A stretch of 64,000 bases of DNA from Candidatus Oxydemutatoraceae bacterium (GTDB taxonomy: Bacteria > Pseudomonadota > Gammaproteobacteria > Poriferisulfidales > Oxydemutatoraceae). Made by a program: the position numbers and the translations under genes. Where the stretch lies: positions 1,555,363 through 1,619,362 of the forward strand of contig OZ243040.1 of the NCBI GenBank assembly GCA_965211995.1, read 5' to 3'. Below, in pieces: positions 28,966 through 37,526 of this stretch (the first letter of the stretch is position 1; each line of letters opens with the position of its first letter). The notes beneath the pieces are model-generated. The model saw only the letters and a list, made by a program, of their open reading frames with translations, searched no databases and was not told the DNA's origin.

Positions 28966-30240
28966 TTATTCTTTCGGGTTTGGGTCTTTTTTGTCCGCAG
29001 TACTATTTTCTGTGACGTTATCTATAGCGCTTTTCATAAAATCCACTTCATCATGCCTTTTTCTCAGTGGATCTTGAAGGATTTGATTCAAAATCCCGCG
29101 CACGTAGTAACTTTTGTCTTTTGATTCTATCTTTTCCATAAATGCCATTAATGATTTTGCCAGCACTGCTTTATAAGAGTAGTCTTCAGCCAAGTTTTTA
29201 TTTTTGACATATCTGCCCGCACAAAACCAAGCACCCGCTATTAACAAAGGAATTAGAGTCAGCCTAAGTGCGGCAGTTACTACATCTGCCCCATCATCCG
29301 TTAAAGATCCCAAGATATAGAAACCCAACCCAACTGAAAATAATGTAAAAAGTAAAGCACCCGATAACCAACCCACAAAATTATTCCACTTTCTAGCTTG
29401 ACTGTACTTTTCTTGGTAGGCCGCGCTGATTCCTGCAGCGGTCGTGTACTCAAGAGCTATCTTAGATTGCTTTATCAGTTGACTAGCCTCTTCAAGAAGT
29501 TCTTCCTGTTGTTGCTTATACTTTTCTGCCTCTTGCTCCTGAGATTCTAGTTGAGCCCGCTTTTCTTCAATTTGTTGGGAAAATTCTTCAATCACTTTGA
29601 AATGAGTTTTTGCAGAAGATAATAATTGACTTATGTCTTTATTACTATCAGAAGACCTCTCGTGAATACCCGTTAATTCATCAGATTTCTGATTGAGACC
29701 ATTAAGTTTTTCTGAAAAAGAGGCAAAATTCTCCTCCGCTTGTTGTATTTTACTCTGTGCCTGTTCGGCATTTTCTTGGATGCTTTTGACTTTCTTAATA
29801 TCTTCTTCAAGTGCAGAACTCTTTGAGTGTAATTCATTGAGACGTTCTTCAATAGCCTTTTGAGATTCTGATGATCCTCTGATTCTATAACTTCGAATGA
29901 TAATTTTTAATTCATCCAACTGGTTGGCAACATTTGGGTAGTTTTTTTGATTTAACAAATTATTTATCCTATTTAAGCAAATCTGTATGTTAAGTCTTTC
30001 CTGATAGACAGACAGTTGTATAAACTTGTTATGCGCTTTCGTGATACCTCTCAAGTCCGTAATAATAGCTTGCAGCCCCGCTTTAAGGGACTGTGGGGTG
30101 TATTCCCCTTCCTGCCCATAAACACTTTTCCCATGCTCTCTCGGAGCAAAAGTTGAGAGATGTTTTTCCAACATGTCTAATTGACCACGTACGTTTTTTA
30201 TTGATTCTGTTTCCATGATTTCACACTGTAATTTGCACAA
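28966..30240 (-). CDS. coiled-coil protein with two C-terminal TM helices, inserted between mod and res
   Basis: ~290 aa of heptad-rich Q/E/K/L sequence, then TM helices 'WLSGALLFTLFSVGLGFYILGSL' and 'LTLIPLLIAGAWFCAG'; its start overlaps the mod stop. Confidence 0.55.
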   Translation of the reverse strand: MCKLQCEIMETESIKNVRGQLDMLEKHLSTFAPREHGKSVYGQEGEYTPQSLKAGLQAIITDLRGITKAHNKFIQLSVYQERLNIQICLNRINNLLNQKNYPNVANQLDELKIIIRSYRIRGSSESQKAIEERLNELHSKSSALEEDIKKVKSIQENAEQAQSKIQQAEENFASFSEKLNGLNQKSDELTGIHERSSDSNKDISQLLSSAKTHFKVIEEFSQQIEEKRAQLESQEQEAEKYKQQQEELLEEASQLIKQSKIALEYTTAAGISAAYQEKYSQARKWNNFVGWLSGALLFTLFSVGLGFYILGSLTDDGADVVTAALRLTLIPLLIAGAWFCAGRYVKNKNLAEDYSYKAVLAKSLMAFMEKIESKDKSYYVRGILNQILQDPLRKRHDEVDFMKSAIDNVTENSTADKKDPNPKE

Positions 30241-32458
30241 TTTTCATAGTGTCATTGCCAAATATATCCACTACTTTAACGGCTATCTTCCGTCGCCCGG
30301 GTTTACATTCCTTAAATATACTAGTGAGTTCTAATGAGCGATCTTTCTTTGTCCGAAATGATTGCCACTCGTTTTCAAAGACATAGTCGCCGGTCCAACG
30401 CTCTTCCCACTTGTCAGTATCTTCATCTTTAACCCTAATAATCTCACGCTTACTCTCAAAATCAAAATCCACCGCCCAATAATCAATCCAATCCGCCCAT
30501 TCTTTGGTCAGCACTTCACGCTTGACGATGCCGTCTTTCGCCTTACTCACTTTAATAATCTGCCCTTGCTCCACCACGATTTTATTTTTCCCTTTCTTCA
30601 AACTAACTTCAACATTTGCAATAGAGTCCTGCGAATAGAAAACAGAAAAATCAGTCAACTCTATAGCGACACTTTTATCCTTAATGTGAGGTTTAATTTC
30701 AATATACGACACGTCGTGGAACACCACCTGATTTTTCTCCACCGCCCGCTTGTCAAAGACTTCGGCGGGGATGTATTTCATTTCCAGGTTGATGCCTTTG
30801 CCTTTTGCTTCGTCCATGATTTGCGGGAATAGGCCCATTTCAAACTCAAAGGCGAGGATGTCGGCGCGGGTGATGTGATTTTTGCGGCACTCCAGGATAA
30901 TTTCTTCCACGAACAGGCGCGTAACCGGCAGGTTGATGGGGCCGATGGCGACCATGCGTCCGGCTTTTTTGCCGTGGAACACGCCGGACTGTTCCACCGG
31001 TTGCGCGGCGTAGGCTTTGAGGATCAGGTCCTGGTATTCCTTTGATTTGGCGGCGATCTGCGCTTGCTGCTGTTCAGGTCGCAGGCCGGGATTGACGCCG
31101 ATGTAGTGCTGGCGTTCGTATTTTCCGAGGTTGAGGATTTCAAAGGCGCGGTAATTTTTGCTTTCCTTTTTGAGTGCGCGCTGTACGCCGATCATGCGCT
31201 TGCGGGTGGTGTGGATGGCGAACTTGCCGAGGTCGGAGGCGATCCATTTGCGGCTGAGTTTTTCGGCGACGGCGGCGGTGGTGCCGGAACCACAGAAGAA
31301 GTCGGCGACGAGGTCACCTTCGTTAGAGGAGGCTTTGATGATGCGTTCTAAAAGAGCTTCGGGTTTTTGGGTTGGGTATTTCAGGTATTCTCCGCCTTGT
31401 GTGGCTCTAATGTCCATCCAAACATCACGACAGCGAACTCCCTTACCCATATAAAGTTTTCGCCCTGGAACTTTCCCCTCCTCAATCAGCAACTCGCCAT
31501 TTTCAATCCACAGCAACGCAGTTTTTTTGGGCATCCCATAACCCCTTGATGGTACTTTCTCGCCATATCCTAAATCATAAACATAGCCGCCTCCGCCTGG
31601 GTTATCTACGGGGCCTACTCGATAGCGGCCTCTTTCATCGGAGTAGCGATAAAGACTTTCGCTGGCTTTGCTGTATTCCTGAAAAATGTCATTCCAGATC
31701 ACTTTTCTTTTTCCCTTACGATAAAAAAACAAAGTTTCGTGGGACTTTATAAATTTTTTGTTTTTTGCCGAACTATCCCCGATAGCTCCCTGCCAGATAG
31801 ATTCGTTCACGAAATTCTCTTTCCCAAACACCTCATCCAAAGCCAACCGCATAAAACCATTCACCCGCCAATCACAATGCACATAAATACTCCCATCCTC
31901 CGCCAGTAAATCCCGCATCAACACCAGCCGCTCATAAATCATCGCAATAAACGAATCCGCGCCCTTGCCCCAGGTGTCGCGGTAGGCCAGTTCCTCCAGC
32001 ACGTTCGGCTTTTTGGTGAAGGTGTCGCCGCCGATTTCAATATCCATGGAAAAATCCGCGCCCACGTCAAACGGCGGATCAATGTAAATCAGTTTCAACC
32101 CGCCCTGCGCTTCAATCTCCTCGCGCAACGGCCCGTTCTTGAGGCCGGACAGGATCAACTTGTTGTCGCCCCAGATCAGTTTGTTGCTCCAGCCCTTGAG
32201 TTGCCGCCCACGCGCATCGGTGGTGAACAGATCCGCCTGTAGCGATGTATCCTCCGACTTCTCCGCGCGCGGTTCGTCCACCTGCTCAATCACCTGAAAC
32301 GGCAGCACCACGTTGCACACCTCGCTGGTCTTGCCGTTCCACACCAGTTCCACTTCCCGCTTGTCGTCAAACAACAGGAAGCGGTACTTGTCGGGCAGCG
32401 GCTTGCCGGACTCAATGAGTTTGACGACGTCGCGCTTTTCGTTGTCGGAGAGGTTCAT
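30221..32458 (-). CDS. mod: type III restriction-modification Mod subunit (N6-adenine DNA methyltransferase, beta class)
   Basis: 'IYIDPPFDVG' (motif IV) lies N-terminal to 'FFCGSGTTAAVAEKL' (motif I); start 'MNLSDNEKRD'; long low-GC C-terminal extension. Confidence 0.85.
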   Translation of the reverse strand: MNLSDNEKRDVVKLIESGKPLPDKYRFLLFDDKREVELVWNGKTSEVCNVVLPFQVIEQVDEPRAEKSEDTSLQADLFTTDARGRQLKGWSNKLIWGDNKLILSGLKNGPLREEIEAQGGLKLIYIDPPFDVGADFSMDIEIGGDTFTKKPNVLEELAYRDTWGKGADSFIAMIYERLVLMRDLLAEDGSIYVHCDWRVNGFMRLALDEVFGKENFVNESIWQGAIGDSSAKNKKFIKSHETLFFYRKGKRKVIWNDIFQEYSKASESLYRYSDERGRYRVGPVDNPGGGGYVYDLGYGEKVPSRGYGMPKKTALLWIENGELLIEEGKVPGRKLYMGKGVRCRDVWMDIRATQGGEYLKYPTQKPEALLERIIKASSNEGDLVADFFCGSGTTAAVAEKLSRKWIASDLGKFAIHTTRKRMIGVQRALKKESKNYRAFEILNLGKYERQHYIGVNPGLRPEQQQAQIAAKSKEYQDLILKAYAAQPVEQSGVFHGKKAGRMVAIGPINLPVTRLFVEEIILECRKNHITRADILAFEFEMGLFPQIMDEAKGKGINLEMKYIPAEVFDKRAVEKNQVVFHDVSYIEIKPHIKDKSVAIELTDFSVFYSQDSIANVEVSLKKGKNKIVVEQGQIIKVSKAKDGIVKREVLTKEWADWIDYWAVDFDFESKREIIRVKDEDTDKWEERWTGDYVFENEWQSFRTKKDRSLELTSIFKECKPGRRKIAVKVVDIFGNDTMKIVQITV

Positions 32459-33861
32459 GGGGAGAGGTCCGGTGCGGCGTGGCGGCCAGCAAGATAACAA
32501 TACACGCTGGCGGGAAAGTAGGCCATCTTTTGATTTTCCATGTCAACGTGCCCAAACTTGGTTCGTGTTGTGAAATAACAATCTTCCATCCCGGGATGTT
32601 TTTTGAAAAACGTCTGCAAAGACCCTCGCTTTTGCCGTTGTTCAATACCTCCGTCAGACCATTTAACTTCCAAACACCAGAAAGGATGCCCACGTTCGTC
32701 AAGGGCCACGATATCCACTTCGCCGCCTTGCCAGCGTGCGTAGTGAAATTCGTATTGGAAATGAAACAACTGAGCAAATACTGCGGTCTCTACCAATGCC
32801 CCGCTTGGTCCTTCATCCTCCGGCGGGCCAAAAAGGGCGTGGTGGATTGAGGGATTGGTGAGATACACCTTGAAGAAATTGGCGCGCTTGAACCGCCTGG
32901 CATTTTGGTCTATGCGGCGAACAGTTTTGATAAGAAATGCGGCCTCCAGATATTCCAGATAACGTTTGAGCGTGGGCTTGGACACACCGGATCTCTGCGA
33001 GAGTCCGTCCAGTGATACTTCCTGTGCGGTATTCCAGGCGAGAGCCACGAACAGAGAATTGAGTTCCTGGATGTCTTGTATGCCGTAGAGACTCGGCAGG
33101 TCGCGCAGCAACACCTTGTCAATGATGTCGCTACGGACATAACGACTCATGTCCTGCTGTATGGTTTCGGAAAAAATGATTTCCGGGTAGCCGCCGATTT
33201 TGATGTAACGGATGAAGTGATCGTTGAGTTCTTTGATATTAGCATCATTCCAATTCTCTGTCTCATCTTCCCGTGCAAACGGCACGTTGATTTCCTGTAA
33301 ATCCAGATACTCGTAGAAGGTCAGCGGCGGCAGGAAAAAATCGGTGAAGCGCCCGGCGCCGGATTCAATGCTCTTGAGTCGCAACGCCGCCGCCGCCGAA
33401 CCGGACACCACGCATTTTATGTTTGGATGCGAATCCACAAACACTTTCAGGTGGCGTTCCCAATCCCGCAGGTACTGGATTTCGTCGAGGAAGAGAAAAG
33501 CGGGCGTTGCTTTTTTTAATCCGCCGGCCTCGTGAACCCGGGCGGCAAGTTCTTCGATGGACAGATTGGAATAGAGGGGCTGGTCCAGCGACAGGTAGGC
33601 CACGGCCCGGGCGGGGGTGCCTTTGTCCAGAAGTTTCTGGATGATGTGTTGTAGCAACACAGTTTTGCCGACGCGGCGCGGCCCCATCAGCACCACGGCA
33701 CGGCGCACGTCTTCGGTTTCCACCAGTTCGGCAAAGGCCCGGATGCAGGCGCGGGGGCGCATTTTCCGATGCACTTCATCGGTCTGGTGCGATGCCGTGC
33801 TCCACCAGGGATTTTCAACGCGCATGCGCTCCAGGAGCTGCGCTTCGGGGATGGTGTCCAT
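32455..33861 (-). CDS. AAA-family ATPase with C-terminal DUF4143 (PD-(D/E)xK-like) domain
   Basis: Walker A 'GPRRVGKT', Walker B 'LFLDEIQ', C-terminal 'EVDIVALDERG...CLEVKW'; 4-bp overlap with the mod start. Confidence 0.8.
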   Translation of the reverse strand: MDTIPEAQLLERMRVENPWWSTASHQTDEVHRKMRPRACIRAFAELVETEDVRRAVVLMGPRRVGKTVLLQHIIQKLLDKGTPARAVAYLSLDQPLYSNLSIEELAARVHEAGGLKKATPAFLFLDEIQYLRDWERHLKVFVDSHPNIKCVVSGSAAAALRLKSIESGAGRFTDFFLPPLTFYEYLDLQEINVPFAREDETENWNDANIKELNDHFIRYIKIGGYPEIIFSETIQQDMSRYVRSDIIDKVLLRDLPSLYGIQDIQELNSLFVALAWNTAQEVSLDGLSQRSGVSKPTLKRYLEYLEAAFLIKTVRRIDQNARRFKRANFFKVYLTNPSIHHALFGPPEDEGPSGALVETAVFAQLFHFQYEFHYARWQGGEVDIVALDERGHPFWCLEVKWSDGGIEQRQKRGSLQTFFKKHPGMEDCYFTTRTKFGHVDMENQKMAYFPASVYCYLAGRHAAPDLSP

Positions 33862-34304
33862 TATGACTGTATTGTAGCGACGGCGAGGCCGAAATTCAAT
33901 ATAAGAGAAGTTGACTTATCTTATAGGGGTTTTCTGTCGTTTTAATTTATTAATCATAGATTTATATCCGTACGAAAATTGGGATGGCAGGAATCTGGAA
34001 ACATCCGGCGTTTTATCTCATGGATGCGGCTTTTGGGGTGCTTTGTCTCATATTTTCAGTTTTATGAGACAATTTAGGGGGTTTGTGTTATCTATGAGGC
34101 ATTAATCTAGGATTACGATCAACTCCGAAAAACAGCACAATGCCGTCCTGCCACCCCTTCCCGGCATTATTTTCTGAATAATTCCCCCTTTTCAAGGAGA
34201 TTCAGCAGTCGCGCCGCACTGGGACGCGGGACAACAGCCCTGTCCCGAAAATCAACGCCGGTGAACCACGGTTCGGAAAAAATGAAATTGGTAATCTGTG
34301 TGCT

Positions 34305-34531
34305 CGCATTCGTAGGCGATGTGTTGTCTGATTTTGTCAAAGATCTGGTTCATGGATTGGCGGCTAATGCCGACGATTTAAGCGACTTTGCAGGCTTCGA
34401 TATCGAGGCAAAACAGGCGCAGGATTTGGCGGAATTTCGCCCCGGAAATTCGTGAACGGATGATATACTTTTTTTCATTTATATAACAATGTGTTATGCG
34501 CATTTTAGTATACCTTAAGTTGTCTTGAACC
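34305..34531 (-). mobile_element. IS1595-family remnant (left end only: terminal inverted repeat plus ~60 codons of the transposase N-terminus)
   Basis: ~85% identical to 55540-55763, including the inverted repeat 'ttaagttgtcttgaacc' and the 'MKNKY...' start region. Confidence 0.6.
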
Positions 34532-34578
34532 TATTTAAATGTAGCACTAGTTGCTTAGGTGATGTATCATGACGATAC

Positions 34579-34860
34579 ATGGATGAGCAGGGGGGAATTC
34601 GATGTTTGCCTATCGAAAAGGCCGAAGAAATAATCCGTGCTTATGCGGCGTACAAAAATCGAGATTCTCTTGAATTGAGTTATTCAGAACACGCGTTGGA
34701 GCGCGCAAAAGAAAGAGGTATTTCTAATTCTGATGTCTTCTATATCCTTGCTCATGGCTTCATAAATGAGGAACCACAGGAATCAAGCAGACTAGGATAT
34801 TGCAAGTACAAATATGCAGTAAATCGCCTAACTCAGGCAACCGAGAAATATGTGCGGTAG
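34579..34860 (+). CDS. DUF4258-like small toxin candidate
   Basis: 'SEHALERAKERGISNSDVFYILAHG' resembles the DUF4258 core; 93 aa; followed by an HTH gene. Confidence 0.45.
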   Translation: MDEQGGIRCLPIEKAEEIIRAYAAYKNRDSLELSYSEHALERAKERGISNSDVFYILAHGFINEEPQESSRLGYCKYKYAVNRLTQATEKYVR

Positions 34861-34923
34861 TGATTCCTGATCCCCGTAAGCCAGCCATCAAAATCGTTAC
34901 ACTCATGTGGAAGGATTTATAAA

Positions 34924-35379
34924 ATGACTCCCGAAATAGTACGCCATCACTACACCGAGTGTGGGTTGCCTAATGTATGGATTCAAGGTCTGCGCATGGA
35001 AGACGACGCCGGGGAAAAAGTGATCAGAATCCCGAATATAGGAAGCCTGCATAAGTTGATCTCAAAGACGATCGTAACCTCAAAAGGCACGCTGACCGGG
35101 CCGGAGTTGCGCTACCTGCGCACCGAGATGGGATTGACTCAAACGCAACTGGGCGAGTTGGTTCATCGCGAGCGCCTGACCGTCTCGCGCTGGGAGCGCG
35201 GGGAAACCACTTTGGAGGGCGCCACCGAGGCGTATATCCGCATACTGGCGTCCAGCAAACTGGGGCTGGAACAGGTCGATCCGGCAGAACTCAGCTGCTG
35301 GTGCAGGTTGACGCCCGACAGTAAAAAACCAATCCACATAGACGCAACGGATCCTGAAAACTACCGCCTCGCCGCTTGA
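34924..35379 (+). CDS. XRE-family HTH protein (antitoxin candidate)
   Basis: 'LTGPELRYLRTEMGLTQTQLGELVHRERLTVSRWERGE' helix-turn-helix. Confidence 0.6.
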   Translation: MTPEIVRHHYTECGLPNVWIQGLRMEDDAGEKVIRIPNIGSLHKLISKTIVTSKGTLTGPELRYLRTEMGLTQTQLGELVHRERLTVSRWERGETTLEGATEAYIRILASSKLGLEQVDPAELSCWCRLTPDSKKPIHIDATDPENYRLAA

Positions 35380-35449
35380 TCGCGGCCGCTGCGGGGCGTT
35401 GGCGGCGGACTGTCCCGCCGGAATAAACCGCGGCTTCGCTATTCCCCGC

Positions 35450-35680
35450 TCAGTCGGCTTTTGCCTTAGAGAGATTCTCTTTTTCCCACTGACGGGCGAT
35501 TTTTAGAGTGGTCCGTTCACCCACCTGCACGATGTGTCCCTTGCCCCATCCCCGCTTGCTCTTATGCTCCATCTCGCGCCGGTCTATGTCATGGGTAATG
35601 CCCACGTGGACAATTCTGTTGCCTTTCTTGAAATAGTACCTATAGGCGGTTCTATACGTCGGCATCGTTCTCATCCTCAA
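35450..35680 (-). CDS. small GIY-YIG-like protein, copy 1
   Basis: 'YRYYFKKGNRIVHVGIT.DIDRREMEH' matches the GIY-(x10)-YIG...R..EH pattern. Confidence 0.5.
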   Translation of the reverse strand: MRMRTMPTYRTAYRYYFKKGNRIVHVGITHDIDRREMEHKSKRGWGKGHIVQVGERTTLKIARQWEKENLSKAKAD

Positions 35681-35827
35681 AAGAGTTAATCAATGAGCGA
35701 GTAACACTCGCCCGCTAATTTAAGACGGACACTAAAAATTATCCACTTTGCGACACAATCGCAGTTTATGCGGGACACCTGCGGCAGGTTGTTCCACCGG
35801 AATAAGCCGTAACTGTTCTAGCCCCCG

Positions 35828-36058
35828 CTAGTCGGGGTGTGCCTTAGAGAGATTCTCTTTTTTCCACTGACGAGCGATTTTTAGAGTGGTCCGTTCACCC
35901 ACCTGCACGATGTGCCCCTTGCTGCAACCTGGCTGATTCTTATGCTCATATTCGCACTGGTCTATGTCATCAGTGATGCCCACGTGGACAACCTTGTTGC
36001 CTTTCTTAAAATAGTACCTATAGGCGGTTCTATACGTTGGCATCGTTCTCATCCTCAA
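35828..36058 (-). CDS. small GIY-YIG-like protein, copy 2
   Basis: 85% identical to copy 1. Confidence 0.5.
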   Translation of the reverse strand: MRMRTMPTYRTAYRYYFKKGNKVVHVGITDDIDQCEYEHKNQPGCSKGHIVQVGERTTLKIARQWKKENLSKAHPD

Positions 36059-36584
36059 AAGAGTTAATCAAAGCATCCGCTATCCGCACAAACTCAACCA
36101 TGTCAAGATGTGCACGGGTTTTCTTACCGTCGTATTCACCCCTTATGGTCATTCTGCCATTATATGCCAACTTAATCTTTATCTTAGATTCCCGCTCTCC
36201 CGGCTTAATCTTTATCTTAGGTTTCCGCAGCGGAACCTTAAAAGGCCAAATTTCTTTAGCATGAATCGCGGTATTACAAGCCCGCCTGAATAACAGCGAT
36301 TCTTTTTCTCCGCCTGGAAAATCGGCCCAGTATTCTCCGCAGTCTTGTCTGCCGATGTCTCTTCGATCCTGCAGATCCAACAAACTGCGCGATGCCGCCG
36401 ACACCCACAGCATCAGCCTTCTTACTTCGTTTTCGTATAGAGTTTGCGTCCAATCAACCACGTTTTTTACTTTAGCCACTTCTTTATCGGCTAACAGCAG
36501 ACTCATCAAAAAGTACAAGTCCCTGCGTAAAACCAGCATGTCAACGATGGGAACATCTATTACCGTACCAGACTTATCCTGCAT
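36030..36584 (-). CDS. hypothetical protein (184 aa), low GC
   Basis: ATG at 36584; only this low-GC portion of the 357-aa ORF is plausible; the upstream extension is antisense to folD. Confidence 0.4.
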   Translation of the reverse strand: MQDKSGTVIDVPIVDMLVLRRDLYFLMSLLLADKEVAKVKNVVDWTQTLYENEVRRLMLWVSAASRSLLDLQDRRDIGRQDCGEYWADFPGGEKESLLFRRACNTAIHAKEIWPFKVPLRKPKIKIKPGERESKIKIKLAYNGRMTIRGEYDGKKTRAHLDMVEFVRIADALINSFEDENDANV

Positions 36585-36631
36585 TTTAATTATGTGAATG
36601 ACTTCCGCCCAAGCACCCCCCCCACCGCCGG

Positions 36632-37507
36632 TCAGTCTTTCACCACTCCCTGCATTCTCGCCGCCGTCAGCGTGTTTTCGAGCAGGCAGGCGACGGTGAC
36701 CGGGCCGGTGCCGCCCGGCATCGGCGTGATGCAGCCCGCGACCGCCGACACTTCCTCGAACGCCACGTCGCCGCGTATTCCCTCCGGCGTGTGCGTGACG
36801 CCGACGTCGAGCACCGCGGCGCCGGGTTTGACGCAGTCGGCGGTGATCAGCCCGGGCGCGCCGGTGGCGGCGACCAGAATATCGGCCGTGCGGCAGGTCT
36901 CGCTCAGCGCCGGCGTGCGCGAGTGGCACAGCGTAGGCGTTACATCCAACCCCTTGCGCGCCATCAACAACACCTGCGGCAGTCCGACCAGGTACGAGCG
37001 TCCGACAATGACCGCACGCCGGCCCGAGGTCGGGATCTCGTAGTGTTCGAGTATGCGCATCACGCCGAGCGGCGTGCACGGCACGAGTCCGGGTTCGCCG
37101 CACACCAGCGCGCCGAGGTTGGCGCGGGTCAGTCCGTCCACGTCTTTCGCCGTCGGCAGAAGTTCTATCGCGGCGCGGGTATCAAGCCCCTCGGGCAGCG
37201 GCAGTTGCAGCAGGATGCCCTGCACCGCCGCGTCGTTCGCAAGTTCGGTGAGTTTTTGCCCGAGTTGCGCCTGGGTGGTGCCGGCCGGCATTTCGACCAG
37301 CAGCGGGTTGAGTCCGGCGGCGGCGGCGCGCTTGAGTTTCAGGTTGACGTAGAGTTTGCCCGGCGCGTTTTCGCCGACCAGCACGGTCGCGAGCGTGATC
37401 GGCGGGCTGCCCGCCTGCTCGATCTGCGCGGCGACGCGCGCCTGGATCGCGTCGGCGACCGCCTTGCCGTCAAGGATCTGCGCGCCCTGCGAGGCCGGAG
37501 CCGTCAT
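36632..37507 (-). CDS. folD: bifunctional methylenetetrahydrofolate dehydrogenase/cyclohydrolase
   Basis: 291 aa, classic FolD sequence ('ILDGKAVA...', 'VGRS..VG.P'). Confidence 0.9.
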   Translation of the reverse strand: MTAPASQGAQILDGKAVADAIQARVAAQIEQAGSPPITLATVLVGENAPGKLYVNLKLKRAAAAGLNPLLVEMPAGTTQAQLGQKLTELANDAAVQGILLQLPLPEGLDTRAAIELLPTAKDVDGLTRANLGALVCGEPGLVPCTPLGVMRILEHYEIPTSGRRAVIVGRSYLVGLPQVLLMARKGLDVTPTLCHSRTPALSETCRTADILVAATGAPGLITADCVKPGAAVLDVGVTHTPEGIRGDVAFEEVSAVAGCITPMPGGTGPVTVACLLENTLTAARMQGVVKD

Positions 37508-37526
37508 TGTCAGTTCGGGCGGCGCC

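Larger units (their letters stand above)
35405..36073. repeat. tandem duplication (2 x ~290 bp with ~90 bp spacers), each unit carrying a 76-aa GIY-YIG gene
   Basis: 35405-35695 and 35785-36073 are ~88% identical. Confidence 0.8.
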
